A stretch of DNA of 64,000 nt from a virus. Taxonomy: Duplodnaviria > Caudoviricetes. Where the stretch lies: IMG/VR virus record IMGVR_UViG_3300025892_000008, one strand, 5' to 3'. Every line of letters starts with the position of its first letter. The first letter of the stretch is position 1. The translations under genes and the position numbers were made by a program. Shown piece by piece: positions 1-10,478 of this stretch. The notes under the pieces were generated by a model, which made no database searches, was not told where the DNA came from, and worked only from the letters and a program-made list of their open reading frames with translations.

Positions 1-40
1 TTGTAAACTAATAAATTTTTCACCCCAACACAACTACCGA

Positions 41-66
41 TAAATAATATGCTACTATAATAAATA
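41..66 (+). promoter_or_regulatory. T4-like late promoter candidates (TAAATA at 41-46 and 61-66) plus AGGAG ribosome-binding site
   Basis: GATAAATA and ATAAATA directly upstream of the 76-11663 operon. The same motif recurs before many late-type genes in the window. Confidence 0.6.
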
Positions 67-75
67 GGAGATATT

Positions 76-426
76 ATGCAGGAACACTTAGATAAAGCAC
101 TTGAGTTTGCTAATTATAGACAAACATTTGCTATCCAAAGAAAAACACTAAAAGAAAAAATTGATGCACAGTTAACCTACGGAGTTAATGGTGGCATATT
201 TAAAATTGACAGATCATTATTAAACTTTGTTGAAATGTTAATTTTTAAATCTAGAAGAGAAAATGTAGTTCTACTTGATAAGAACGACAACCCAATATTA
301 ATTGAAGATTTAACAAAATTTAGAGATGAAATATTTGATAGGTACTTTTCAGCAACCTTTGCATATTTGGAAGAATACCAAAAAATTAAAAAGGCAAGAT
401 CTGTAGAAACAATATTGGAAGTTTAA
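76..426 (+). CDS. hypothetical protein, first gene of the glycan operon
   Basis: 116 aa ORF with AGGAG SD; its stop overlaps the next start (TAATG). Confidence 0.8.
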   Translation: MQEHLDKALEFANYRQTFAIQRKTLKEKIDAQLTYGVNGGIFKIDRSLLNFVEMLIFKSRRENVVLLDKNDNPILIEDLTKFRDEIFDRYFSATFAYLEEYQKIKKARSVETILEV

Positions 427-1292
427 TGAGCAAGGGTGTAATAATATTTGCTCACAATAATCGGCAGATTGATTATATCCGCATGAGCATACTTGCGGCA
501 AAATTAGCAAATAAGAATTTGCAAGTTCCTGTATCACTAGTTACTGATCCATCTACAATTGATTGGATGAAAGAGTCTAATATTGAAAAAACAGTAACTG
601 AAACATTCGATAATATTATTATAACAGAAAGACCAGACGATACAAATAATGTAAAAAATTACAATGATGGAAAATATAAAGTGCATGCGCCTTTCAATAA
701 CGGTAATAGAGGTAGTGTTTGGGATCTTACACCTTACGATAGAACGTTGATGATAGATAGTGACTACCTTACTTTGACAGATACATTATCTAACTATTGG
801 GATATAGACGAAGATTTATTAATAAGTCCTAAGTATAATGATATACAAGGTGTCGAAAGAATAGGATATCTTGATACACATATCTCAGAAACAAGTATAG
901 ATATGTTATGGGCAACAACTGTAATGTTTACAAAAAATGAAACTACTAAAATATTTTTTGACTTAGTTGCACATGTAAAAGAAAAATATAAAATGTACAG
1001 CGATATCTATAGATTTAATCCAATTGTTTTTAGAAACGATATTGCATTTAGTATTGCAAAACACATAATGAATGGCTATCAAAAGATAGACGAACCTAAC
1101 TTACCTGATATTTTTTCAACAGCAGACAAAGATATTTTAGTTGATGTTTCCAACGAAAGATTAAAATTTTTAATTGCACAAATTAACAGTGACAATTATG
1201 TCGCTACTAGTGTGTGCAATAAAGATGTGCATGTAATGAATAAGTTTAGCATTATGAGAAACTATGATAACCTTATGGAGTTGGCACAATGA
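426..1292 (+). CDS. GT-A fold glycosyltransferase-like protein
   Basis: N-terminal hydrophobic strand GVIIFA and a DxD motif (LMIDSD). Confidence 0.6.
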   Translation: MSKGVIIFAHNNRQIDYIRMSILAAKLANKNLQVPVSLVTDPSTIDWMKESNIEKTVTETFDNIIITERPDDTNNVKNYNDGKYKVHAPFNNGNRGSVWDLTPYDRTLMIDSDYLTLTDTLSNYWDIDEDLLISPKYNDIQGVERIGYLDTHISETSIDMLWATTVMFTKNETTKIFFDLVAHVKEKYKMYSDIYRFNPIVFRNDIAFSIAKHIMNGYQKIDEPNLPDIFSTADKDILVDVSNERLKFLIAQINSDNYVATSVCNKDVHVMNKFSIMRNYDNLMELAQ

Positions 1293-2134
1293 CGTTTGGA
1301 TATTTAATTATTGTTAATGATACTGATACATCTAACTATACTAAATTAGCATACACCCTTGCATTAAGTATTAAGAACACACAGAAAGAAGGTTTTGATA
1401 AAGTAGCATTAGTTATAAATGATAAAACAAAAGTAGAAAGTTATACTTCAACTTGGGTATTTGATGAAATAATAGAATGGGATGGTGCTGTACACTGGGA
1501 CGGCAGATCTTATATGGACGAACTTACACCATGGGATGCTACTATTTGTTTAGATGCAGACATGTTGTTCTTAAGAGATTACAGTCATTGGGCAGAATAC
1601 TTTATTAAGAATAGTGAATTATATATTGCAAATAAAGCATATACATATAGAGGTGATATAGTTACTAATGATTATTATAGAAAATGCTTTACAGCAAATG
1701 AATTACCTAACTTATATTCTTTTTATACATTCTTTGTAAAAAACAGTTCAGTAGCAAAAGAGTTTTTTAATCTACAAAGACAAATTATTAAAAACCCTGA
1801 ACTTTATGCTAATAATTTTTTAGCAAAACACAAACCAACTATTGTAGGTACAGATGAAGCGTTTGCACTTGCATCAAAAATATTAGATATCACTGATGAG
1901 ATTGCGTATCCTTTAGAATTTCCTAGAGTAGTACACATGAAGGGAATGGTACAGAATTGGCCATACGGTGCAGATGATTGCTACGATCATATAGGATTTT
2001 ATTTAAACAAACAAGGAAAATTAAAACTTGGTAATTTTGAACAAACTGACATAGTTCATTATGTTAACAAGGAAACAGTCACGCTGGAAACAGTAAACAT
2101 ATTGGAGGAAATAGCATGGCAGAAAAACAAATAG
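1289..2134 (+). CDS. GT-A fold glycosyltransferase-like protein (GT8-like), paralogue of the previous gene
   Basis: CLDADMLF DxD motif, DEAF motif and C-terminal VHY. Confidence 0.6.
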   Translation: MTFGYLIIVNDTDTSNYTKLAYTLALSIKNTQKEGFDKVALVINDKTKVESYTSTWVFDEIIEWDGAVHWDGRSYMDELTPWDATICLDADMLFLRDYSHWAEYFIKNSELYIANKAYTYRGDIVTNDYYRKCFTANELPNLYSFYTFFVKNSSVAKEFFNLQRQIIKNPELYANNFLAKHKPTIVGTDEAFALASKILDITDEIAYPLEFPRVVHMKGMVQNWPYGADDCYDHIGFYLNKQGKLKLGNFEQTDIVHYVNKETVTLETVNILEEIAWQKNK

Positions 2135-2760
2135 AAATTCCTGATTTCGACGAATGGATTGCAAACTACAAGCATAAGCCTGTGGCATATAATGCAGCAT
2201 TTGATGTTGAAACAGGCCGTGTGTTATCTGTAGGGCCAGATCATACTGTAAACGAAAAAGAGTTTGAAAATGTCATACCTCTTGAAGCAGATATTGCTGA
2301 AAAAATTATATCTAGCGAAATTAGTATGAGTAAATGTTTTATCGATCCTGACCAAGGCGAATTAGAAATTGTTGAAAGAAGAGATTTGTATAAAATAGAT
2401 GATGTACTACATAGAATTATTGTTAGAAAATATTCAGAGATTAAAAAACCAGACATCTATTTAGAACACAATGCTAAAACAAATATATTGTCTGTAGAAC
2501 TTAGTGAAGAATTTGGTGGAACATACAAACAACAAAAAGGAATTGATGTTGTAAAAAGAAAAATGTTCTGGAATGGCGAAACACAACTTGATTTTACAGT
2601 TACAGATTATAATGATCCTAATATTGTAACTGATAATTTTAGTGTAACAATTAATGATCTGATTGGTAACAAAGTTGAACTTAAAGAACTTAATATAAAC
2701 AGGTTCTTTAGCGTATATACAAGACGCTTATTTAAAAACTATATGATTGAGGAAAGATGA
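2116..2760 (+). CDS. hypothetical protein
   Basis: 214 aa ORF with GGAGG SD, overlapping both neighbours. Confidence 0.75.
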   Translation: MAEKQIEIPDFDEWIANYKHKPVAYNAAFDVETGRVLSVGPDHTVNEKEFENVIPLEADIAEKIISSEISMSKCFIDPDQGELEIVERRDLYKIDDVLHRIIVRKYSEIKKPDIYLEHNAKTNILSVELSEEFGGTYKQQKGIDVVKRKMFWNGETQLDFTVTDYNDPNIVTDNFSVTINDLIGNKVELKELNINRFFSVYTRRLFKNYMIEER

Positions 2761-3665
2761 AACGGGTAATTGAGTTTGATGTATTCTTTTTGAGTTATGA
2801 TGAACCTAATGCAGATCTTCATTATGCAGATCTATGTAATAAAGTTCCATGGGCAAAACGTATACACGGTGTAAAAGGTAGCGATCATGCACACAAAGCA
2901 GCAGCAGAGCAATCAGAAACTGATTGGGTGTTAACTGTAGATGCTGACAATATTGTGTATCCACAATTTTTTGATATTGAAATAGATATGGACAATCCGG
3001 ATATACAAGCATACAGTTGGTGCGGTAGGAATAACGTAAATGGTTTAAGATATGGCAACGGTGGATTAAAACTGTGGAATGTTGATCATGTTAAAAATAT
3101 GAAAACTCACGAGAACGCTGATAGTGACAGAGCTCAGGTAGATTTCTGTTGGGAAACAGGATACAGAAACTTTCCAAAGACTTTCAGCGATACTGTAATT
3201 AATTATAATCCGTTTATGGCATGGCGTGCAGGATTTAGAGAAGGTGTTAAGATGACACTAGACAACGGATTAAAAGTTCCACCACAAGAAATTGAAAAGC
3301 GTATATGGTGGCACAACATACATAGACTAGGAATATGGAGTACAATTGGTAGTCATGTTGAAAATGGACTATTTGCAGTTTATGGTGCAAGACTAGGAAC
3401 ATATCTTACAAATTGTACAGATTGGGACCATATACAAGTAAGAGATTTTGAATCACTACGTGAATTATACAATGAGCAATGTAAACAATATGAAGATGGT
3501 GTTGGATTAGAACAAGAAGTAAAACGTTTAGGAACCGAATTAAAAAACCAACTTGGTTTTAATTATCCATATCTAGATGAATCTATGAGCAAATATGTGT
3601 TAAACTTATATGAGCAAACTATTGATCTAGCAAAAACGTATTATAGGACTACAGATGATCTATGA
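2757..3665 (+). CDS. GT2-like glycosyltransferase
   Basis: FFLSYDEPNAD, VKGSDHAH, VDADN (DxD), YGNGGLKL and AWRAGFREGVK motifs. Confidence 0.65.
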   Translation: MKRVIEFDVFFLSYDEPNADLHYADLCNKVPWAKRIHGVKGSDHAHKAAAEQSETDWVLTVDADNIVYPQFFDIEIDMDNPDIQAYSWCGRNNVNGLRYGNGGLKLWNVDHVKNMKTHENADSDRAQVDFCWETGYRNFPKTFSDTVINYNPFMAWRAGFREGVKMTLDNGLKVPPQEIEKRIWWHNIHRLGIWSTIGSHVENGLFAVYGARLGTYLTNCTDWDHIQVRDFESLRELYNEQCKQYEDGVGLEQEVKRLGTELKNQLGFNYPYLDESMSKYVLNLYEQTIDLAKTYYRTTDDL

Positions 3666-4695
3666 TTTATTTTATGTCAGTCAAGGCAAAGCAGAACACT
3701 GGCAAGAGTTTAAGTCTAGATTCTCTAATGCCCAACTGATTGAAGATGTTGAATCTCTAGATCAAATAAAGCAAAAGACATTAACTAGAATGTTTTGGGT
3801 AGTGTGGGATGATATGAAAGTAAAAGATGATTTTGACTTTGAATATCGTGCTACTGAGTGGGACCTAGAATACGTTCATGTATTCAAGAATGGTAATCAC
3901 TTCAATGGTGTTACCCTTATGCCTAAGAATGCTCCAGCATCTAACAAAGAATTCAAGTTCCGATTCTTTATCAACAAAAAAGAAATAGATATAGTAGCCA
4001 GCGATCCTAGGAGTATAGGAAGTAGTTTTGATATTGTGTTTATTTCTTACTATGAACCTTATGCAGATAAAAATTGGCAGCGGTTAAAAAGTAGATTCCC
4101 AAGAGCAAAAAGAATTTCAAACGTAAAAGGAATTCATCAAGCACATTTAGAAGCAGCAAAAATTGTTGAAAGTGATATGTTCTGGGTAGTAGATGGCGAT
4201 GCACATATAGTTGAAGAATTTAATTTTGATTACCAAGACCCGGAAATGTATACTGTGCATGTATGGCGTAGTATCAATCCAGTAAATGACTTAGAGTACG
4301 GATACGGTGGCGTTAAATTATTACCAACGCAGATGACTTTAGATATGGATATGTCTAAACCAGATATGACTACTAGTATTAGCAATAAATTTAAAGCCGT
4401 TAATGAACTTTCTAACATAACAGCATTTAATACAAATGAGTTTGAAGCATGGAAAGGTGCATTTAGAGAATGCTGTAAGTTAGCAAGTAAAACTATACGA
4501 GGACAAAACGAAGATGAAACTAATGAAAGGTTGGCTAAATGGTGTTCAGCCTATGGCAGAGATCGTCCGTTTGGTGATTACGCCATTCAGGGAGCCCGTG
4601 CTGGCAGGAAATATGGTGTGGCTAACAGTACTAATCCTGATGCTCTTAGATTAATAAATGACTTTGATTGGTTAAAGGAGCAGTTTGATGCATGA
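3655..4695 (+). CDS. GT2-like glycosyltransferase with an internally duplicated domain
   Basis: Two copies of the MFWVV(W/D)xD...F(D/N)F(E/D)Y...HV motif; ISYYEP, VDGDA and YGYGGVKL match the upstream paralogue. Confidence 0.65.
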   Translation: MIYDLFYVSQGKAEHWQEFKSRFSNAQLIEDVESLDQIKQKTLTRMFWVVWDDMKVKDDFDFEYRATEWDLEYVHVFKNGNHFNGVTLMPKNAPASNKEFKFRFFINKKEIDIVASDPRSIGSSFDIVFISYYEPYADKNWQRLKSRFPRAKRISNVKGIHQAHLEAAKIVESDMFWVVDGDAHIVEEFNFDYQDPEMYTVHVWRSINPVNDLEYGYGGVKLLPTQMTLDMDMSKPDMTTSISNKFKAVNELSNITAFNTNEFEAWKGAFRECCKLASKTIRGQNEDETNERLAKWCSAYGRDRPFGDYAIQGARAGRKYGVANSTNPDALRLINDFDWLKEQFDA

Positions 4696-6052
4696 CAAAG
4701 ATAGGATAGAAAAATTTATACCTATCATGGACGAGATATCGCCTACCTTCTGCTTGGCTAAATGGCATCACACTACTATCTATTTAGGAACAGGAGAAAC
4801 ACATAGTTGTTATCATCCTGCTCCACATAAAATTCCGCTGGAAGGACTAGAAGAAAATCCTAGTCTATTGCATAATACCCCTCAAAAGAAAGCCGAAAGG
4901 CAGGCTATGATAAACGGAGAGAAACCTAGCGGTTGTAACTATTGTTGGAATGTTGAATGTATGGGTAAAGATTACATTAGTGATCGTAAAGAACGGAATG
5001 CAAGTATACATACACCAAAACGTTTTAATGATATTAAACAAAATCCAATGGCAGATGTTAATCCACAATATGTGGAAGTTAGTTTCGGTAATGAATGTAA
5101 TTTTAAATGCGGATATTGTCATCCTAAACATTCTAGCAGTTACTATAAAGAAATTGAAAAAGAAGGTCCATACACTATGGTTAAGAATCATAGGAATGAT
5201 ATTGACTGGTTTAAAATACACAAAGACGAAGAAACAAATCCATATGTTAAAGCATGGTGGAAGTGGTGGCCTGAATTGCGTAAGACACTTACAATTTTAC
5301 GTATTACAGGTGGTGAACCGTTACTACAGCAAAGCACATGGCGTATGTTCGACGAACTAGAAAAGAATCCATGCCCTGAATTAGAATTAAACATTAACAC
5401 TAACTTAGGTGTTAAGCCTATCCTTATTGAAAGATTTACTGACAAAGTAAACAGTTTAGTTGAAAAAGGCTGTATCAAAGACTTTAAAATTTTTACTAGT
5501 ATTGATACATGGGGACCACAAGCAGAGTATATCAGAACAGGCTTAGATTTAGAGCTGTGGGAAAAGAACTTAGACATGTACATGACTAGAACTAATATGC
5601 CTTTAACATTTATGGTTACATTTAATATTTTAACTGTAACTAACTTTAGTAAACTATTGCAAAAGTTTTTAGACTGGCGAATAAAGTATAATAGTGATAA
5701 TCAAACTAAATGGCAGCGTATTAGATTTGATACTCCGTATCTGAAAGAACCGTTGCAATATGATATGAATATACTTCCTAAAGATGCATTTGTTCCTTAT
5801 ATGAAACAGCACTTACAATTTATAGCAGAAAATTTAGATGATGCAGACAAACACAAATTTAGTATACTTGAATATGAGAAGTTTAGACGTGTAGTTGATT
5901 ACATGGCTTCTACAAATTATACTCCAGAGCGTGTACAAGAAGGTCGAAGAGATTTTCACAATTGGTTTACTGAATATGATCGAAGAAGAAATGTAAGTTT
6001 TGTAGAAACGTTTCCCGAACTAGAGGAATTTTATTTTGACTGTGCCCAGTAA
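4685..6052 (+). CDS. radical SAM protein with N-terminal SPASM/twitch-like Cys cluster
   Basis: CNFKCGYC (CxxxCxxC), ITGGEP, and N-terminal FCLAKW...SCYH...CNYCW. Confidence 0.85.
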   Translation: MMHDKDRIEKFIPIMDEISPTFCLAKWHHTTIYLGTGETHSCYHPAPHKIPLEGLEENPSLLHNTPQKKAERQAMINGEKPSGCNYCWNVECMGKDYISDRKERNASIHTPKRFNDIKQNPMADVNPQYVEVSFGNECNFKCGYCHPKHSSSYYKEIEKEGPYTMVKNHRNDIDWFKIHKDEETNPYVKAWWKWWPELRKTLTILRITGGEPLLQQSTWRMFDELEKNPCPELELNINTNLGVKPILIERFTDKVNSLVEKGCIKDFKIFTSIDTWGPQAEYIRTGLDLELWEKNLDMYMTRTNMPLTFMVTFNILTVTNFSKLLQKFLDWRIKYNSDNQTKWQRIRFDTPYLKEPLQYDMNILPKDAFVPYMKQHLQFIAENLDDADKHKFSILEYEKFRRVVDYMASTNYTPERVQEGRRDFHNWFTEYDRRRNVSFVETFPELEEFYFDCAQ

Positions 6053-7223
6053 AACATTTTGCATATTGCCTTGGATACATCTGTATGCCAATCCTGACGG
6101 CACTGTTCTACCTTGTTGTGTAGGAGACTGGCAGCAATCTATGGGTAATGTTCAGAACACAAAATTAGAAGATGTCTTTAATAATGAAAAGTTTAAGCAG
6201 ATGCGTAAGAACATGTTGGCTGGAAAAAAATGTAGCCAATGTACTGCATGTTACCGCGATGAAGATTCAGGTAACAGTAGTTTTCGTAAGCACAGCAACG
6301 AGCAGTTTGAAAAATATATTGATGATGCAGTTTTAAACACTAATGATGATGGCAGTATGGACGATTTTAGGTTGCGATATTTAGATGTTAGATGGAGTAA
6401 TATTTGCAATTTTAAATGTAGATCTTGCGGTCCTTTGTATTCAAGTAGTTGGGCGCAAGAACACGGTAGCGAAAAAATCTTTACCTATGCAGGCGGAGTT
6501 AGCAATGATGAACTATACAAACAGTTTGAACCTCACTTTGACACTATAGAAGAATTTTACTTTGCAGGCGGCGAGCCATTACTTACAGATAAGCATTACG
6601 AAATATTAGAATATCTAATTGATCACGATCGAACAGATGTAAAGTTAAGATACAACACAAACATGAGTGTGTTAAAATATAAAGGAAAGAGTGTTTTAGA
6701 CTTATGGAAAAAATTTAGTAACGTTATGATTGGAGCGAGCCTAGATCATTATGGATCTAAGGCTGAATATATACGGCACGGGACAGATTGGCCTTTAGTT
6801 GAAAGTAATTTAAAATTAATTCGGAAGGAAACTCCACATGTAGAATTGCATACAAACACGGTAGTATCTATTTTTAATATAAAGACTTTACCTAAGTTTA
6901 TTCAGTATATTATTGATAATGATTTAGTCAGTACAAAAAATTATAACCCTAATTTTTATAATATAATGAATCCAGACTATTATAGTTTTAAAATAATCCC
7001 AGAAGAGGACAAGGTAGATATCATAAAATCCTTGGAAGAGTTTGCTACACAGCACGGTGGAAACATCAAATATGGAATGCAGGGTGTTATAAATGGATTA
7101 CGAACATCGATGTATTCTCCCAAACTTAAAACAAAGTTATCGGTAGAAACAAAACATTACGATCATCTGCGCAAAGAAAGCGTAGAAGAAACTTTTCCTG
7201 AAATACAAGGATGGATTCAATGA
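6036..7223 (+). CDS. radical SAM protein with N-terminal SPASM/twitch-like Cys cluster (start may be GTG 6042)
   Basis: CNFKCRSC, FAGGEP, and N-terminal FCILPW...PCC...CSQCTAC. Confidence 0.85.
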   Translation: MTVPSKTFCILPWIHLYANPDGTVLPCCVGDWQQSMGNVQNTKLEDVFNNEKFKQMRKNMLAGKKCSQCTACYRDEDSGNSSFRKHSNEQFEKYIDDAVLNTNDDGSMDDFRLRYLDVRWSNICNFKCRSCGPLYSSSWAQEHGSEKIFTYAGGVSNDELYKQFEPHFDTIEEFYFAGGEPLLTDKHYEILEYLIDHDRTDVKLRYNTNMSVLKYKGKSVLDLWKKFSNVMIGASLDHYGSKAEYIRHGTDWPLVESNLKLIRKETPHVELHTNTVVSIFNIKTLPKFIQYIIDNDLVSTKNYNPNFYNIMNPDYYSFKIIPEEDKVDIIKSLEEFATQHGGNIKYGMQGVINGLRTSMYSPKLKTKLSVETKHYDHLRKESVEETFPEIQGWIQ

Positions 7224-8446
7224 AGATATACTTCGATACACTATTAAGTAATGAATCTAATCAAAACAAATTAGCAACTAAAGGTAACACAGACTATTGG
7301 CTTGTTGCACCGGGTGCGCCTATTAAACAAAAGTGTATTAACATGAAACTAAATGTTTCGGAGTTAACAGATGTTAACGAAAAAGGAATATATTTTGTAG
7401 ATGTTAGAGGAGATCCCCAGTGGTGGGCAGGAGTTTTAACTAATGCCGGAGTCCCTCATAAGCACATTTTGTCTTGTATACCAAAACAAATTAGAAAATT
7501 AGTTAAAGATAAAAAAATTAGACTTGTGATAAATGCTGACAGAGAAGGTGGCCCGATGGTTACACAACATTGGGATTGTTTCTTATCTACACATAACACT
7601 ATGATTGAACTTGGATTACCTAAGGACAGCGTTCTAATACTACAGGGTAATAAAAAGGTTGAACATCAATATCGAAGATGGAGAAAATACAAAAGTGTTG
7701 ACAAGATGTATGATATAATGTATAGTAATCACTTTGGAAACATATTTGGAGATGCGAATTTGCCTACTAGTCCTGTCATAAAGTATGCAATGGCTAATCC
7801 TAGTAGTAAAGATTACAATAGTTTAAATAGAATATACCGTCCACATCGCGGCGCACACTTATATAGATTAATGAAAGACGGCTTTCTAAGTAACGGAATA
7901 GTAAGCGGCAATGAAATAACACTCAAAGATAAAGATACAGAAAATTTAGTCGGTGACTATCAAGATATAACAAAAGAGTTTCCTAAGTTTATAGACGGAG
8001 ACTGGAGCAAAACGAATGCTGCTAATCAGTATAACGCTGACATATATAAAAATAGTCTGCTTACAGTAATAACAGAAACTATATTCCTGCATGACGTTGC
8101 TTTTATTACTGAAAAAATATTTAAACCTATTACAATGGGGCATCCGCTTATACTATTTGCTAGCCAAGGAACTCTTAAAAGTCTTGAACGAATGGGATTT
8201 AGAACAGATTGGTGTGGAATAGATCCTGAATACAATGACATAGAGGATAATATAGAACGCTTCAATGCCACACAACAAGTATTATATGATTGGATTACAC
8301 TCTCACAGGAAGAAAAGATAGCAAGATTAGAAAAGAGCATGGACACAATACAGCATAATTTTAATTTAATTAGACACAGTGACTTTTATGCTGATGCAAT
8401 ACACGAAGCAGTTGCTAGAACGGAGAAGTATTATGAAACCGTTTAA
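7211..8446 (+). CDS. GT10 (fucosyltransferase)-like glycosyltransferase
   Basis: C-terminal VITET...ITEKIFKPI...GHPLI...GF motif resembles the GT10 ENS...TEK motif. Confidence 0.55.
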   Translation: MDSMKIYFDTLLSNESNQNKLATKGNTDYWLVAPGAPIKQKCINMKLNVSELTDVNEKGIYFVDVRGDPQWWAGVLTNAGVPHKHILSCIPKQIRKLVKDKKIRLVINADREGGPMVTQHWDCFLSTHNTMIELGLPKDSVLILQGNKKVEHQYRRWRKYKSVDKMYDIMYSNHFGNIFGDANLPTSPVIKYAMANPSSKDYNSLNRIYRPHRGAHLYRLMKDGFLSNGIVSGNEITLKDKDTENLVGDYQDITKEFPKFIDGDWSKTNAANQYNADIYKNSLLTVITETIFLHDVAFITEKIFKPITMGHPLILFASQGTLKSLERMGFRTDWCGIDPEYNDIEDNIERFNATQQVLYDWITLSQEEKIARLEKSMDTIQHNFNLIRHSDFYADAIHEAVARTEKYYETV

Positions 8447-9170
8447 TCAATACAAGAGATTTTTTGCATTCGGTTGCAGTCTAACAAGTTATAATTGGCC
8501 TACGTGGGCTGATATTATATCCAAAGAAGTTCCTGAATATTACAATTATGCAAAAAGCGGTGGCGGCAATTTATTCATATCTAATAGCATAGTAGAGGCT
8601 AACCTAACACACAAATTTACAGAAAATGATCTAGTAATAGTAATGTGGAGCAGCATTTCAAGAGAAGATAGATATAAAGATAATAATTGGCAAACACCAG
8701 GAAACATACACACTCAAGATGTTATAGATGTAGAGTTTGTAAATAAATGGAGCAATGAAAGATTTTATCTAATTAGAGATTTAGCATTAGTAGAACAAGC
8801 AAGAGTTTATCTAAATCATCTTCCTTGTGACACAGATATGCTTAAGATGGTAGATTTTGTAAAAGGTAATGAATTACAAGATGTTGTTGATACGTATACA
8901 AATACAATACAAAGTATAAAGCCTGCTATAGTTGATGTCGTTTACAAAGGCACATGGCCTATTACTCCTATTAAAGGATGGAGTGGTAAAGGTCAAAGTG
9001 CAGACTATCATCCAACACCTTTAGGATATTTAAAGTATCTTGAACATTTTTATACAGTTACTGATAATATGAAACAGTTTGCAAAAGAGTATGATGCAAA
9101 AGTTTTAAATTGTAGCACACTAGATGATACATTAAAATTTTGGTCCCCTTCGTATGTAAGGAGATTATAA
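8433..9170 (+). CDS. SGNH/GDSL-like hydrolase or acyltransferase
   Basis: FGCSLT (GDS-like), NYAKSGGGN and C-terminal DYHP. Start trimmed to ATG 8433 to reduce the overlap. Confidence 0.55.
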   Translation: MKPFNQYKRFFAFGCSLTSYNWPTWADIISKEVPEYYNYAKSGGGNLFISNSIVEANLTHKFTENDLVIVMWSSISREDRYKDNNWQTPGNIHTQDVIDVEFVNKWSNERFYLIRDLALVEQARVYLNHLPCDTDMLKMVDFVKGNELQDVVDTYTNTIQSIKPAIVDVVYKGTWPITPIKGWSGKGQSADYHPTPLGYLKYLEHFYTVTDNMKQFAKEYDAKVLNCSTLDDTLKFWSPSYVRRL

Positions 9171-10324
9171 TGCCCTGCATAAACACAAACAATTTAATTT
9201 ATGTGTTAACCTATAATGCCAATAACCCACAGGTGCTTAACATTTCAAATAGTACAGGGGTTATAGCAAAGTGGAAAATACCTCAAGAGTTTTTCTACAT
9301 ACAATTTTCTAATGACAAAAGTTTTAAGGTATTTGATATTAACGCACTAGTACCGGAAAAAGAATTCAAAGAAATTAAGGATCCTGACTCTAACATACAT
9401 CTGATGCTAGATAATGGACTAGAACATTTTTATTCTTGTGCTGATAGTATTTACGAAGATATTATTATTAAGCATTCAATTCCTGCACACAAGATTATAT
9501 TCCTTAGTGCAATACCAACTATGCATGACCATATTAAAAAATTATCAGCAAAATATAATTTGCCTGAGATAAAACTAGACTGGTTTAGTCTTTTTGAATC
9601 TACTGGAAAGGATACGATACTCAAGTCTAAGAATGTTCTAACCTTACAGAAAAAACAAAAGTATGAAAGAGCATATCTCAATCTAAACAGGAGATGGAGA
9701 TCACACCGAACTTTAATGTTTACTCTATTAAAGGATAGAAATCTTTTGGATCGAGGATATGTAAGTTTTGCTCCATCTGATGATGGGTGGAATTGGAATG
9801 CGGCTTACAATAGGTTGATAGCTCTATATAGAGACCATGATCGAATAAAACCGATACTGGAAAGAAACAAGGATGTTGTTGATACTCCGCCTTTATATTT
9901 GGATACGGAGGATTTAGTAACAAATAGGGCAGAGCATGAGACATCAATAAATGATTACTATGCAAGAACATATTTTAGTGTAATAAATGAAACTACATAT
10001 CACGAAGGAGTTCCTTTCTTTAGCGAAAAAATTTTTAAGGCTATTGGAATAGGTCACCCATTTGTAATAGCAACTGCACCAAATAGTTTAAAATATTTGA
10101 GGGAACTAGGTTACAAAACCTTTCATCCTTTCATCAATGAATCATACGATACTATTGATGACCATGGAGATAGGATGATATCCATAGTTAATGAAATCGA
10201 GCGACTTTGCAAAATGGATAAGAATGAATTTAAAAGTTGGAGATCTAATATCGAACCTATTGTTAAACACAATAAGATGATTTTGGATAATAAGAAGATT
10301 ATTACAAAACCTATGAACTACTAG
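9170..10324 (+). CDS. GT10-like glycosyltransferase, paralogue of 7211-8446
   Basis: LNLNRRWRSHR and VINET...FSEKIFKAIGIGHPF motifs; AAGGAG SD and TAATG coupling at 9168-9172. Confidence 0.55.
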   Translation: MPCINTNNLIYVLTYNANNPQVLNISNSTGVIAKWKIPQEFFYIQFSNDKSFKVFDINALVPEKEFKEIKDPDSNIHLMLDNGLEHFYSCADSIYEDIIIKHSIPAHKIIFLSAIPTMHDHIKKLSAKYNLPEIKLDWFSLFESTGKDTILKSKNVLTLQKKQKYERAYLNLNRRWRSHRTLMFTLLKDRNLLDRGYVSFAPSDDGWNWNAAYNRLIALYRDHDRIKPILERNKDVVDTPPLYLDTEDLVTNRAEHETSINDYYARTYFSVINETTYHEGVPFFSEKIFKAIGIGHPFVIATAPNSLKYLRELGYKTFHPFINESYDTIDDHGDRMISIVNEIERLCKMDKNEFKSWRSNIEPIVKHNKMILDNKKIITKPMNY

Positions 10325-10325
10325 C

Positions 10326-10431
10326 ACAGTTTTAAGGCGCCTTAAACGCATTTTAAGCGTCATACAGCGGTGTTATATACCAAGAGCTACAGTTACGCTA
10401 TACTGCTGTAAACCACGTTTAAATGCACTGT
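10326..10431 (+). ncRNA. candidate structured RNA or DNA element (multibranch stem-loop)
   Basis: Perfect 16-bp palindrome at 10331-10346; helices 10348-10360/10415-10426 and 10363-10373/10400-10410 (with G-U pairs); closing helix ACAGT/ACTGT. Confidence 0.45.
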
Positions 10432-10478
10432 AATAAGAAGATTGTAAATATGTTTGTACCAAAATTGGGAGAAGAAAC

